Positions 13,829 through 27,541 of a stretch of 64,000 nt of DNA are shown one piece after another. Below the pieces are notes generated by a model. It had not been told where the DNA came from. It did not search any database and worked only from the letters and a program-made list of their open reading frames with translations. Location of the stretch: assembly GCF_030028105.1 (NCBI RefSeq), contig NC_092372.1, positions 49,914,034 through 49,978,033 on the forward strand, given 5' to 3'. Position numbers and translations under genes: made by a program. The DNA is from Mobula birostris. Lineage: Eukaryota. Within the stretch, counting starts at the first letter, position 1. Every line of letters starts with the position of its first letter.

Positions 13829-14694
13829 CTTCATAAATATTTAAGCATAGAAAGTAAAATGTTAACTTGTGTATAATCAAGTAGCAAACATTTTTTCCTG
13901 TCCAATTTAAACTAGTTTTCTGCACAAACTATACGACAAAAAAAGGTACACCAAAGGCATATAATCATTCCAGTAATATTATAAAGTAGAATAAACTCTA
14001 CATTGTGTACATTATGAAGCAACATACTTTAAATTACTTTGCAGAATGCACCATATTTATATATCGTTAATTATAATGACCAACGTTTACTGCCCTAGCA
14101 AAATACATACTTCAAGTTCTTTGCTTGAGGCCCTGCTCTACTTGAAGTTTTATGTTTTTGTTCAAGCCCTGATAATAGAAGGAAGCCTTAAAACACCCAC
14201 ACTTCTCCATCCACACTCCTTCACAAACCCACACCTAAAACAAGTTCATATAAACAATACACAAATATGTAAAAATCAAAACTGCAGATACTGAACATCT
14301 AAAATACAAACAGAAAATGCCTGAAAGATTTAGGTGGTCAGGATGCCTGTGGGAAGAATAACAGACAATATACAATTACACTTGGTATCATTTGTCATCA
14401 AAAGCTGAAATGAATTGTCCTTCCATTTACAGTATTTCCTTTGTTAAATTACCCACGCTTAAATATATCGCTTTGCAAATTTCTCAAAATAGCTGTAATT
14501 TTCTCTGAAGGACATGTCCAATTCCCTTTTGATACTTTCAAGCAATTTCAAAACAGCAATTATTTTTTCTCTTCTAGTCTGCCTTTGGTATTTTAACCAT
14601 TATCTTAAATTTGTGCCCGATTACCGATCCTTCCACTGACATATCACATGCATCCAGCACATCCACAGTTACTATGATATTAATAGCTACATAC

Positions 14695-14816
14695 CTCTCC
14701 TGACACTGCCAGAACCTCATCAGAAGCTCCATGGGGACTGACAGTGCCATTCTGCAACCGTTCTAGGAGTTCCAGTAAAGCAAAGTTTTTCTTTAGACCC
14801 CAGATGCCTGAATCAC
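14695..14816 (-). CDS. TRIM23: TRIM23 exon 3 (GDSGIWGLKKNFALLELLERLQNG...SGE)
   Basis: cag|...|gtatgt, 122 nt, frame continuous with exons 2 and 4. Confidence 0.96.
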
Positions 14817-16085
14817 CTGTCAGGTTAATTCATAATTATGTTTTTGGAATTATGTTATTTTCATAATTATGTTATTTTCAGTTTTCCAATGATAGTAATT
14901 TTTCATATTTTTTCCCAATCAAATACAATATCTAGGATTAAAATATTTCTTAACTCATTCAAACACTTTTGGATAGGCCTAAGCATTGCAATCTTTCCTA
15001 CATTCAGAATTTTGTGTATGCATATTAATATTCAATGAAGTCATAGATCCAAGTCTGAGGCGGGTAGATAAGGCATGGCACACCTAGCAACACTGCTACC
15101 TCAAAGCTCCAGCAACCAAGCTTCAAACTACTTCTAGTGCTATTTGTGTAGAGATTGCATGTCCTCCTGTGACTCTGTGGGTTTTCTCTAAGTGCTTTGG
15201 TCATCTCCCATATTGACTAGTGTAATTGCCAGTATGCAACTAGAGTAATCTGGTGGAAGGAGGAGGATTTAGAAAGAATAAAGACTAGTATAAAATCCCT
15301 TAATAGTCAGTGTGGATTTGGAAATCTAAAGGGTTGCTTTCCATGTTGTAAGACTCCATAACAGGTCCTAACAAAGTTCTAAACTTTATTTGGCTTAATA
15401 AAATTTTCAGCTTGTCCATACAAACTCAACAAAATTTAATCACAAAATTTACTTCAAGCTTCCGTGGTTAACTGATGTTTTTATAATGTACAAAGGAACC
15501 TCAGAATATTCAAAAGTTGCTATAACAGTCAGGTATAATCATTGTAAATCACCTACGTAAAGTAGAAAATGTACCAACCAACTTGTGGTTGGGATGTCAA
15601 TCCCCATTTGCAAGATGACATGAACAGATGATTCATGTTATAACGTTGGTTGAGGATCTAGCATAGTGGGGAGGGGGAAGCAGGTATGTAAACGGCACTC
15701 AATGTTATGGAAGTAGAAATTAATATGCAACCTTCTTCTCCCATTAAATAACTGCCACTTACTGGGCAAAATACAATTTTCAAGTGTGTTACAGAAAGTA
15801 CATTTTTTTTCTTGCCAATGTCCATTATGCCAAAGTTCTTTTATAACATTGTTGCACAGGTGTAAAATGATCTAGCGACAGCCTTACAAAGCACAGATTA
15901 CACTAAGGTAATTAAGGTATTATGGTAATTAACATTATAATAGGGAAATAAAATGCAAATTAAAATTAGTAATTTGTAAAGAAATACATAAAATTGACCC
16001 TATTTTAAAATGCAATAGAAGTAATGCAAATTGCAGGATTGATTAAGAAATTCAAATCACTAGAACCATAAATTCCTGGACTAAC

Positions 16086-16248
16086 CTAGTTCAGTCACCT
16101 GTCGGTCAAATGGACAACGTACTGCTCTTCCCTGAAGTGGAAGGCGGGTGAGACAATCATGGCAGACTGTATGACCACAAAGGAGTAAACGAGGTACTTT
16201 GTCACCTTGCAGACTGAAAACATCTTCACAAACTCCACATTCTAAAAC
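16086..16248 (-). CDS. TRIM23: TRIM23 exon 2, RING finger (VLECGVCEDVFSLQGDKVPRLLLCGHTVCHDCLTRLPLQGRAVRCPFDRQVTEL)
   Basis: AG/GT bounded 163-nt exon; translation near-identical to the remembered human TRIM23 RING domain. Confidence 0.97.
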
Positions 16249-16511
16249 CTAAAAATTAAGAGTCTCAAAGAGGTTATGCAACATAGGACAGTGTTAAACA
16301 ATATAAAGATTTCACACATTTCATTCCTGAAATATAGCAGCGGATTTGGGGGTTTGAGAGTGGGGGAAAGAAAGCATCATACCACTTACAGGGGCAAAGC
16401 AATGAAATTGATTGCTTGGAGTTTGTGGAATGGACCATATTCAAAGATTCATGTTCGGATCTGAATGATTTTGCCATAGCAATCACCAACTTCATCAAGT
16501 CCAGTGTACAT

Positions 16512-18150
16512 ATGATATAGGAGCAAAATTAGGTCATTCAGCTCATTGAGTCTGCTCCACCATTCCATCATGGCTGATCCCGGATCCCAATCAACCCCAA
16601 ACACCCGCCTACTCGCCATATCCTTTGATGCCCTGACCGATCAGAAAACTATCAACTTACATCTTAAATATACCCACGGACTTGGCCTCCAACGGAGTCT
16701 GTGGCGGAGCATTCCACAGATTCACCACTCTGTGGCTAAAAGAAAAATCCTCCTTACCTCTGTTCCAAAAGGTCACCCCTCAATTTTGAGGCTGTGCCTC
16801 TAGTTTTGGATACCCTCCACCCTATCTAGTCCTTTCAACATTAGTTAGGTTTCAATGAGATCCCCACACATTCTTCTAAGTTCTAGTGATTACAGGGCCA
16901 AAGCTACCAAACACTCCTTTCATTCCCAGAAACATCCCTGTGAACCTCCTTTCCAATGACAACTCATCCTTTCTGAGATATGGGGCCAAATACTCCAAGT
17001 GCAGCCTGACTAGTGTCTTCTAAGCCCTCAGCATTATCTCCTTGTTTTTATATTTCCCAACACTGTATTCCACCTGCCACTTTTTCACCCATTCTTCCAA
17101 TTTGTCTAAGTCCTGCTGCAATCACATTGCTTACTCGGCACTACCTACCCCTCCATCTGTCTTCGTATCATCCACAAACTTTGCCACAAAGCCATCAATT
17201 CCATTATCCAAATCACTGATAAACAATGAGAAAAACAGTAGTCCCAATACTAACCCAAGGAACACCACTAGTCACTGGCAGCCAACCAGAAAAGGCCACC
17301 TTTATTCCCCCTCACTGCCTCTTGCCTGTCAGCCATTCCTCTATCGATGCCAGTATCTTTTCTGTAACACCATAGGATTTTATCTTGTTAAGCAGCCTCA
17401 CGTGTGGCACTTTATCAAATGCCTTTTGAAAATCCAAGTAAACAGCATCCACTGCCTTTCCTTTGTCCACCCTGCTCGTTACTTCCTCGAAGAACTCTAA
17501 AACAGATTTGTCAGACAAGATTTACCTTTACAGAAACCATGTTGACTTTGATTTAGTTTGTCATTAGTCTCCAAGTACCTCGAAACCTCATCCTTAATCT
17601 TTCCCAACCACCAAGGTTAGGCTAACTGGCCTATAATTTCCTTTCTTTTGCCTTCCTCTCTTCTTGAAGAGTGGAGTAGCATTTGCAATCTGTCAGTCCT
17701 CCGTGACCATGCAATAATCAAGCGATTAGAAACTTAGAAACATAGAAAACCCACAGCACAATACAGGCCCTTCAGCCCACAAAGCTATGCCAAACATGTC
17801 CTTACCTTAGAAATTACCTGGGGTTACCATAGCCCTCTATTTTTCTAAGCTCCATGTACCTATCCAGGAATCTCTTAAAAGACTCTATCGTACTCTTGAA
17901 AGATCCGTTACATCTTCAGCAACCTCTCTCAGGAGTCTGGGATATAGTCACCTGGACCAGATGGACATATCTACCTTAAGAGTTTGCCTAGCACTTTTTC
18001 CTTTGTAATAGCAAAGGCACCCACTCATCATCCCTGACACTAACAGACCTTTGACACACTGCTTGTGTCTTCCACAGTGAAGACTGATGAAAAGTACTTA
18101 TTAAGTTCATCTGCCATTTCTTTGTCCTCCATTACTACCTCACCAGCATC
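16512..18150 (-). mobile_element. CR1 LINE, deleted copy of the 32.4-35.2 kb family
   Basis: ORF 17312..17518 VDAVYLDFQKAFDKVPH; strong similarity to 33500-35230. Confidence 0.87.
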
Positions 18151-18977
18151 CCAAACTAGAAATCATAGATGAACCAGAACATTCTGCTGGGAGCAAGATC
18201 TGTGGCGTTCATGACCGGCGATTCAGAACCCTACCAGTGGAGAACAGAACATTATGACAAGGAATACGCCTGTCAACGCACAATATCTGTGCTAAATACA
18301 ATACCAAATTAAACTATCTCTTCTGCATACAAATTTCTCTACCTTTACATTTCCTGCATATTCACTTGCCTTTCTAAAAGCTCTGACAGTTCACCCAGGC
18401 ACCCAAGAATCTCTGCAATAAGCTTGCCCCACGCATTTCCTTTAAACCTTCCTCCTCTTATCTTAATACTTGTCCTCATGTATTTGACATTTTTTCCCAG
18501 GGAAAAATAATCTGATTGTTCACCCTATTTATGCCTTTCATAATTTAATTAACTTCCATCAGGTCTCCTCTTCAGCTCTGACATAACAGAGAAAACAACC
18601 CAACTTTGCCCATCCTCTCCTGACAGTTCACACCCTCAAATCCAGGCAGCATCCAAATAAACCTCTTGTGCATCCTTTCCAAAGCCTCATGTTCTTCCAG
18701 TAATGGAGCAACCAGAATCGCACACAATATTCCAGATGGGGCCTACCCAAAGTTTTGTATTTCTGCAGCCCAACTTCCTTACTCTTACTCAGTGGTCTGA
18801 TCAATGCACACCATATGCCTTCTTTACCACCCTATCCACTATAGGAATCAATTGACCCAAGAGAGTGGGGTGAGGAAAGGGAGAGGTGTCCCTCTTTATA
18901 CATGCATGTCTGCTCTTAATTATGCTGTTAGGATCCAACCTCAATTTTAACCGCATGGCCCAAACTTGGACGTTGCT

Positions 18978-20800
18978 ATAGTCATAGTCATACTTTATTA
19001 ATCCCGGGGGAAATTGGTTTTCGTTACAGTTGCTCCATAAATAATAAATAGTAATAGAACCATAAATAGTTAAATAGTAATATGTAAATTATGCCAGTAA
19101 ATTATGAAATAAGTCCAGGACCAGCCTATTGGCTCAGGATGTCTGATCCTCCAAGTAAAGTTTGATGACCACAGGCAGGAATGACTTCCTATGACATTCA
19201 GTGCTGCATCTCGGTGGAATGAGTCTCTGGCTGAATGTACTCCTGTGCCCACCCAGTACATTACGTTGTGGATGGGAGACATTGACCAAGATGGCATGCA
19301 ATTTAGACAGCATCCTCTTTTCAGACACCACTGTCAGAGAGTCCAGTTCCATCCCCACAACATCACTGGCCTTACGAATGAGTTTGTTGATTCTGTTGGT
19401 GTCTGCCACCCTCAGCCTGCTGCCCCAGCACACAACAGCAAACATGATAGCACTGGCCACCACAGACTCGTAGAACATCCTCAGCATCGTCCGGCAGATG
19501 TTAAAGGACCTCCGTCTCCTCAGGAAATAGAGACGGCTCTGACCCTTCTTGTAGACAGCCTCAGTGTTCTTTGGCCAGTCCAGTTTATTGTCAATTCATA
19601 TCCCCAGGTATTTGTAATCCTCCACCATGTCCACACTGACCCCCTGGAAGGAAACAGGGGTCACTGGTACCTTAGCTCTCCTCAGGTCTACCACCAGCTC
19701 CTTAGTCTTTTTCACATTAAGCTGCAGGTAATTCTGCTCACACCATGTGACAAAGTTTCCTACCGTAGCCCTGTACTCAGCCTCATCTCCCTTGCTGATG
19801 CATCCAACTATGGCAGAGTCATCCGAAAACTTCTGAAGATGACAAGACTCTGTGCAGTAGTTGAAGTCCGAGGTGTAAATGGTGAAGAGAAAGGGAGACA
19901 AGCTAGTCCCCTGTGGAGCCCCAGTGCTGCTGCTCACTCTGTCGGACACACAGTGTTACAAGCACACGTACTGTGGTCTGCCAGTCAGGTAATCAAGAAT
20001 CCATGACACCAGGGAAGCATCCACCTGCATCGCTGTCAGCTTCTCCCCCAGTAGAGCAGGGCGGATGGTGTTGAACGCACTGGAGAAGTCAAAAAACATG
20101 ACCCTCAGGGTGCTCGCTGGCTTGTCCAGGTGGGCATAGACACGGTTCAGCAGGAGGACGATGGCATCCTCAACTCCTAGTCGGGGCTGGTAGGCGAACT
20201 GGAGGGGATCTAAGCGTGGCCTGACCATAGGCCGGAGCAGCTCCAGAACAAGTCTCTCCAGGGTCTTCATGATGTGGGAGGTCAATGCCACCGGTCTGCA
20301 GTCATTGAGGCCACTGGGGCACAGTGTCTTCAGCACAGGGACCAGGCAGGACGTCTTCCACAATACAGGAACCCTCCGGAGCCTCAGGCTCAGGTTGAAT
20401 ACATGGCAAAGTACTCCACATAGCTGAGGGGCACAGGCTTTGAGCACTCTGGTACTGACACTATCCGGTCCTGCAGCCTTGCTTGGGTTGAGACGTTTCA
20501 GCTGTCTTCTCACCTGTAGAGCTGTGAAGCCCACCGTGGTGGTTTCGTGTGGGGAAGGGGTATAGTCATGAGAGCAGGGTGGGGGACTGTGAGGAGGGGC
20601 AGGAGGGGAGAGTGGAATATGTGTTGGTCGGGGGCCGACAACAGATGACTGATGTGGGGGATAGACAGGGGCCACACTGTCAAATCTGTTAAAGAACAGG
20701 TTAAGTTCATCGGCCCTGTCCACACTGCCTTCCGCTCCTCTGTTGCTAGTTTGCCAGAACCCAGTGATGGTCCTCATCCCCCTCCATACCTTCCCTACCA
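18978..20800 (-). mobile_element. Young Rex1/Babar-like LINE, 5'-truncated (RT domain)
   Basis: ORFs 19956..20828, 19596..19949, 19134..19487 with LDPLQFAY, FFDFSSAFNTI, GAPQG, KFSDDS, YKYLG; (ATGACT)n tail after a polyA-signal-like AATAAA. Confidence 0.9.
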
Positions 20801-21850
20801 CATGGAGATCATGAGTAGGATGGTCCAAAAGGTCCCTTTTTCTTCACCTGAGCAGCTTGTTAAATGGGTTACAGTTAGGAACAGTGTGTGGTCCAGTTAT
20901 GACCCACAAAAGGCCATTATGAGAGTGAAGAGGCAATTCCATGTGAAGTTAGTTTGGATGCATGACAGCTGTGGCAGCATTGGCATGCCATTACTTCCTA
21001 TAAGAACCTAACAGCATAAACGGCAGTGAGACTTCACTCCCCAATGAGCTCAGTACTTTTATGCACACTTTGAAAGGAAAAACAACGCCTTGCCTGGATG
21101 AATCCCCACAGCATTTGGTGACCTTGTGATCTGATTTGGTGACCTTGTGATTTGGAGGCTGATGTCAGAGCATCCTTCAAGAGAGTGAACTCTCACAAGA
21201 CTTCAGGCCCTGAAGGTGAACTCAGCAGGATGTTGTAAACACAAGAAATTCTGCAGATGCTGGAAATCCAAAGCAACATTCACAAATGCATGGTGGAGAG
21301 CATTTTGACTGGTTGCATTACAACCTGGCATGGCGCTTCCAGTGCACGGAATCACAAGAAGTTGCAGAGGGTTATGGACTATCGCCCTACAACGGAGAAC
21401 ATCTTCAAAAGGCAGTGCCTCAAGAAGGCAACACTCATCATTAAAGACCTTTGGCATTAGAGAAATACCCTCTTCACGTGATTGCCATCAGGGAACTGGT
21501 ACAGGAGACTCTGAAGACCCACACTCAACACTTTAAAGACAGCTTCTTTCCCTCTGCTACAAGATTTCTGAACAGTCCATGAACCCTGCATTGTTACAAA
21601 AATAAGTTGTGTAAAAGGCATAAACTAATTTTGCCTATTTGCAGTTGCAACAAAACAACAAATTTCACAACCTATGCAATGATAATAAATCTGATTCTGA
21701 CCAATATACGTTTGTTTTCAATCAGTATTAGTCTTGATAGTGAATGGCCATTTAAAAATGCATGATGATCTGGTCTGATCTTCAACCCCATTTGCATACA
21801 CGTAATCTGCTTACTTTTTAAATTTTAATTTTGAATAGGATTGAAATATA

Positions 21851-22529
21851 CCGTGGATTCCAGTTACTTGTGCCATCAGTTGGGGGAAGCCTCTGATTTT
21901 GAACAACTCTTAAAGAACAAAAACCTAATCGAGAAAATAGCTGGGATTCTCTGTTTATTTGGAACACTATGCCTCTTAACTGGTACAAGTTGCTGAACAG
22001 CTGCTAACTAGCATCAGACATGTCCACTTGTGTGCCCATTAGACATTACATTGTGCTTAGAGTGAGCAGTTTTAAATAGCATCAGCTGCATATTCTTGTG
22101 TTAAGCTATCTATTTGGGTTGACAGATGCCGATTCAAAAAGCAGTGATTTAAAGATCATTTTGTTTTTTTATTTTGACTTTAAAAAATTTCAGACCCTTG
22201 TCAAGTTGCAACGAAAACATTTGACACTAGCTGAATAAATTACCCTAGCTGCCTGCGCTGATTTTGTTCATTTACAGTCAATCAATACACTCCCTTGATA
22301 ACTATTCAGAGCTAATACACAGGTTTATAGTACTGTAGAAGTACCGATAGTGTTCTAATTTGTTCTGTATTTCACTTAAATATTTAACGTGCTACTCAGT
22401 TAAATAGTAGTTTATATTCTTTATACCTTTTTAACTATTTCCATGAAATTTTGGCTAAGTGGGGCAGCCACTTAATTGAGCCAAAATATACTAGTCCCGA
22501 TGAGTCCCAATTAACTAGAATCTACCATG
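21851..22529. mobile_element. Degraded non-autonomous Tc1/mariner (pogo/Tigger-like) element
   Basis: TA-CCGTGGATTCCAGTTA... and ...TTAACTAGAATCTACCATG-TA are imperfect TIRs. Confidence 0.55.
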
Positions 22530-23879
22530 TATGTAGAGTAAGTGCACTATTTTAAAACAAAAGCCAAAGCTTTTAAACATAGTAGATAAGTTAATTAAAT
22601 TCAAATTGGATAAAATCAACCATTTGGACAAATATATCGGCATGTTTTACTCAGAGGAAGTTTTAAAAATTAGAAAGAATAGACTATTTAGCCCTTCACC
22701 AAAACACCACTTTCTTGCACTTACTCTTGGTCCTTTGATAGCCTTTCCCAGACATTATCTCTTCTCTCCAATCCCAATGGGCAAAAAATACAAAAGCCTG
22801 AAAAGTACATACCACCATACGCAAGAACAACCTCTGCTCTGGTGTTGTAAGACTCTTGAATGGTTCCCTATTACAAGATGGAGCCCTGATCTCACAATCT
22901 ATCTCATTATGATTCCACACTGCATTGCACTTTCTCTAGAACTGTTGCACTTTATTCTGCATTCTGTTATTATTTTACCTTGTATCAGCTCAATGTAATG
23001 AATTGTTATGTATTAATATTGTACAAGAAAAGCTTTTCATTGTACCTTGGTACATGTGACAATATTAAACTAATTCTAATATGCTCACCAATTAAGTAAC
23101 TCAACCTCTTTAGAAAATTCCAAGGATTCACTACATTGTGGTGAAGCACTTACCACCCATCTCAGTCCTAAAGACGACACGGGACAAAAAGATTTTTGAG
23201 AGATGTGGAGATAGATAGGGAAGGCACAAAGAAAACCTTGGCAGGATGCCAGAGGAAGGACCCTTTGGGGGTTTGGGAGGGGGAGAGATGTGGGGAAGGA
23301 GGGGTTGGTGTTTGAAAATGGGAAGCAAAGAGAGTGCTATGATGAAGTGCTTTGAAAGGTTGGTGATGAGAAATGGTCCAGAAGAGTTATATGGAAACTA
23401 TTATTACCATTTTTCTTAACAACTAATACCATTACTTAGCCTAATAGATTAGAATTACCACAGTACATAATTATCTATTTAACTGTCTAATTTTTCTTTT
23501 ATATCATCTCAATGTGTACTTAAGAATGTATAAATAATTATAGTTTTATACATATAAAAAAATGGAAAAGGTTATATGTGTGAAAAAAGTACATGATATT
23601 TGTGAATTCCTTATCCAAATAAAATAAAATTTAAATAAATAAATAAAGAGGGGGGAAAAAAAAGAAATTTTTTAAGACTGAGATGGATATTTGCAGCAAA
23701 TAATGGATTGAAAAATGAGGACTAAAGGGATGGAAATAGTTATGCTGCATTATAGAATTCCACAATATTGTACAACATGTTGTTTCTTTAAATATTGAAA
23801 TGTCATTGTACTTGAGAGGAAGATCAGAGAATTTTTTTTCAAAAGTAGTAAAATTTTGAGATACAAAAAAAAAGAAAGA

Positions 23880-25238
23880 AAGGTTGGTGATGAAACATCA
23901 ATTCCTGCCTAAGAATTGCTTTAATCTGTCCACTGTCAAAACAGGCCAACAGCAGGTACCATTTCATTGGCTCTTCCCTCAACCTTGGAACATCTGGACA
24001 TGTAGATGTATACATAAGGATGCTCTTCATTGGCTAAAACTCAGCATTCAATACTGTCATGTCTTTGAAACTAAGCAATAAGCTTCAAGACCTTGGCCAC
24101 AAGGAGCAATTGGATCCTCAGTTTCCTAACTTGCAGACCCCAGTCAGTTCAGATTGGCAACATCTCCACAATCTCCATCAGCACAGGTGCACCACAAGGT
24201 TGTGTGCTTAGCCCCCTGCTCCACTCACTTTATACTTATGACTGTGAAGTTATGTACAGCTCCAATGTCATATGTAAGTTTGCTGACAATACCACTGTCA
24301 TAGGCCAAATCAAAGGTGGTGACAAATCAGCATTTAGAAGACAGATTGAAAATCTGGCTGAGTGGTGCCACAACAAAAACCTCTCACTCAATTTCAGCAT
24401 GACCATGAGCTGCTTATTGACTTCAAGAGAAGGAAACCAAAGGTCCATGAGCCAGTCTTCACTGGGGGATCAGAGGTGAAGAGGGTCAGCAACTTTAAAT
24501 TCCCCAGTGATGTCATTTCAGAGGATCTGTTCAAGATCCAGCACACGTTCCATTATGAAGAAAGCATAACATCACCTCTTTCTTAAAACTTTGTGATTTG
24601 ACGTGATATCTAAATCATTGAAAAACTTCTAAAGATGTCTGGTGGAGAGTATATTGACTAGTTGCATCATGGCCCATTGTGAAAACACCAATGCCCTACA
24701 ACAGAAAGTCCTACAAAAAGTAGTGGACATGTCCCAGTTCATCACCAGTAAATCCCTCCCCACCACTGAGCACATTGACACAGAGCACTGTTGCAGGAAA
24801 GCAGCACCCATCGTCAAAGATACCTACCGTCCAGGCCGCAGTCTCTTCTCACTGTTGCCATCAGGAAGGAGGAGACTCAGGTCTCACAGGTTCAGGAGCA
24901 GTTATTACTCCTCCACCGTAAGGCTTTTGAACCAGATAACCCACTCCAATCTTCAGGGAACTGGTCCCGCAACCAATGGACTAACTTTCAAGAGGGCTTC
25001 CTCTCATGTTCTCCATATTTATTGCTTATTTATTATTATAGTTCATTTTTTCATTCTTTTTGTATTTGCGCAGTTTACTCTCTTTTGCACATTTGTGATT
25101 TGTCCGTCCTGTTGGGTGCAGTCTTTTAGTGTTTCTAATTGTGCTGCTTGTATTTACTGTGAATGCCTGCAAGAAAGTGAATCTCAGGATTGTATATAGT
25201 GACAAATGTACTTTGATAACAAATTTACTTTGAATTTT
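23880..25238 (+). mobile_element. Old Rex1/Babar-like LINE 3' half
   Basis: [20 protein letters not shown] motifs; homologous to 3087-4135 and 5030-5322. Confidence 0.8.
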
Positions 25239-25439
25239 CGGGATAAAAGTAGGCTAGGTGAAAAATGGAATTGGGGAGCGGGGCATCTAGGGCAAAAAGG
25301 TAGAGGAGGCTGCACCGAGATGAGGGGAGGGCGAGAGGTGCATGTGGTGGTGGTGGGGTGGAAATTAGAAATGGAGAAGAGAGTAGTTGCTCCTTAGGAG
25401 TGAACAGGTCGTGTCTGGGGGCAGCTGATCAGAGGCCCA

Positions 25440-25945
25440 GACACTCCCCTACTCTTCCCTCAGCTCCACCGACGGTCCGGATAACACACCCCTACCGAAC
25501 ACCCAAACCTTCACCAAACAGCATAGACACACCCGCCCCTCACCCCCACCGAACGGCACACGCTCGTCACCCTTCCCCACCTTCACCGAAGAGCCGGCTG
25601 TTGTCCGCGGGCCCCGGGAACCCATCTCAGGCCCGGAGAGCGCCTGGCTCGCCGCCGCCGCCGCCATTACCGACGATACCAACCCTGGCACCTTCCTATT
25701 CACAAGGGGTGACGAGATTCAATATCTCGAGTCCACTTCGACATATGTCCATTAGCAATAATCAATAATTTCAGAAGACAATATTATTAGATATACAGCA
25801 TATTAACAAGCCCTATTATTAAATCCTCTTAAAATAATATGCGATAACCTTGATTGTCTTATATTGACACCCGCTAACTTAATGGTTTTGTCCACAATAC
25901 ACTCTGGATCACAAGCGGAATAAAAACTGCGCATGCTCAGATGTC
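25440..25945 (-). promoter_or_regulatory. TRIM23 CpG-rich promoter/first-exon region with NRF1-like site TGCGCATGCTCA (25928-25939) and YY1-like GCCGCCAT at the ATG
   Basis: Local CpG enrichment in an otherwise CpG-poor window; motif matches by eye. Confidence 0.6.
25581..25667 (-). CDS. TRIM23: TRIM23 coding exon 1 (MAAAAASQALSGPEMGSRGPRTTAGSSVK)
   Basis: ATG at 25667 in a GC/CpG-rich island; 87 nt, phase-0 donor AAG|GTGGGG; ends in VK like human exon 1 (..TAVVK) and joins in frame to exon 2 VLECGVC. Confidence 0.85.
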
Positions 25946-26310
25946 CACCCTGCCTTGTAGTGTTGGCATTTCAATTAAAAATCTGTTGAAAACCATAATG
26001 TTCATACATTAAATGTGTTGAAAAGATGTACAATTAATATTAGTGATGTTATAAAAAAAAGCTTGAATTACATGCAGGAACAGCTTACTTAAAAATATGT
26101 ACAAGTAGTGGAAGCTTGTAAAAAAACCAAGATAAAAAATCAGAATAAGGTTTATCATCATTAACTTATAAGATGTGAAATGGGTTGTTTTGCGGCAGTA
26201 GTACATTACAAAGACATACAAATTAGAAAAATACATAAATAGTGCAAAGAACAACGAGGCTTCATAGGGCATTCAGAAATCTGAAGGCAAAGAGGTAGAA
26301 GCTGCTCCTA

Positions 26311-26560
26311 AGCAACACACACAAGTTGCTGGAGGAACTCAGCAGGCCAGGCAGCATCTTTGCAAAAGAGTAAACAATCGACGTTTCAGGCTGATACCCC
26401 TCACCACAACTGGAAAGGAAGGGGAGAAGTCAGAATAAGGTGATGGTGATAGGTGAAAGCTGGGAAGTTGATTGGTGAAAGACATAAGGGGGAATCTGAT
26501 TGGAGAGGTCAGAAGACCATGGAAGAAAGGGAAGGGGGAGGAGCACCAGAGGGATGTAAG
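26311..26560 (-). mobile_element. Older Penelope pLTR copy (further degraded copies at ~21240, 54680, 55800, 57600, 61590)
   Basis: GCAACACAC...GCTGGAGGAACTCAGCAGGCCAGGCAGCATC is the reverse complement of the pLTR end at 27490-27541. Confidence 0.75.
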
Positions 26561-26656
26561 AAGAGAATACTTGAGTGTGTTAAGATAGAATTAATGTTAG
26601 CAATTTCTAAATTAGCCTGAATTAGCCTACCATCGAGGACCTCTTCCGAAGGCGAT

Positions 26657-27541
26657 AGGCAGAGAAAGCACATCTAAGCACATCTTTCTCTCTCCACCCC
26701 TCTCCGCTTTCCGCAGGGATCGGTCCCTCTGCGGCTCCCTGGTCCACATGTCCCTCCCCACGGATCTCCCACCCGGCACTTATCCCTGTAAGCGCAAGTG
26801 CTACACCTGTCCCTACACCTCCTCTCTTGCCACCATTCAGGGCCCCAAACAGTCCTTCCAAGGGAGGCAACACTTGTAAGTCTGTTGGGGTCATCTATTG
26901 CATCCGGTGCTCCCAGTGCGGCCTCCTCTACATCAGTGAAACCCAACGCAGATTGGGGGACCGCTTCGTCGAGCACCTCCGCTCCGTCTGCCACAACAGA
27001 CAGGATCTCCCAGTAGCCCACTTCAACTCTGCTTCCCATTCCCATTCAGGTATGTCCATACATGGCTTCCTCTATTGCCATGATGAGGCCAAACTCAGGT
27101 TGGAGGAGCAACACCTCATATACCGTCTAGGTAGCCTCCAGCCCTTTGGTATGAACATAGAATTCTCCAACTTCCAGTAATTCCCTCCCCCCCAACTTCC
27201 TCTATCCCTATGTCACTCTGTCCCCTCCCCCAGCTGCCTATCACCTCCCTCATGGTTCCGCCTCCTTCTACTACCCATTGTGTTTTCCCCTATTCTTTCT
27301 TCACCTTTCCTGCCTATCACCTCCCTGCTTCCCCTCCCCCACCCCCTTATCTTTCCCCTTACTGGTTTTTCACCTGGAACCTACCGGCCTTCTCCTTCCC
27401 ACCCTCCCCCCACCTTCTTTATAGGGCCTCTGCCCTTTCCCCCTACAGTCCTGACGACGGGTTCCGGCCTGAAACGTTGACCGATCTTTTCCATGGATGC
27501 TGCCCGACCTGCTGAGTTCCTCCAGCGTGTTGTGAGTATTG
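26657..27541 (+). mobile_element. 5'-truncated Penelope-like retroelement: GIY-YIG endonuclease C-terminus plus pseudo-LTR
   Basis: ORF 26827..27180 GVIYCIRCSQCGLLYISETQRRLGDRFVEH...EEQHLIYRLGSLQPFGMN is a GIY-YIG signature; flanked by a 14-bp duplication CTTCCGAAGGCGAT (26643-26656, 27542-27555). Confidence 0.9.
27446..27483 (+). ncRNA. Putative minimal type I hammerhead ribozyme in the Penelope pLTR
   Basis: CAGTC-CTGACGA-C-GGGT TCCG GCCT-GAAAC-GTT-GACCG: conserved core boxes, stem I GTC/GAC, stem II, palindromic AACGTT helix III. Confidence 0.65.

Noticed and set aside
19191-20006. 271-aa plus-strand ORF
   Set aside because: Antisense shadow of the Rex-like RT coding sequence; no independent protein features
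23378-23648. AT-rich segment with an (AAAT)n tail, possibly an L1/Tx1 3' end or retrocopy
   Set aside because: Too little recognisable coding signal to classify by eye
25668-25703. Longer TRIM23 N-terminus (MNRKVPGLVSSV) in the ORF track
   Set aside because: Begins at a non-ATG codon; the ATG at 25667 has good context and gives an exon length close to the human one
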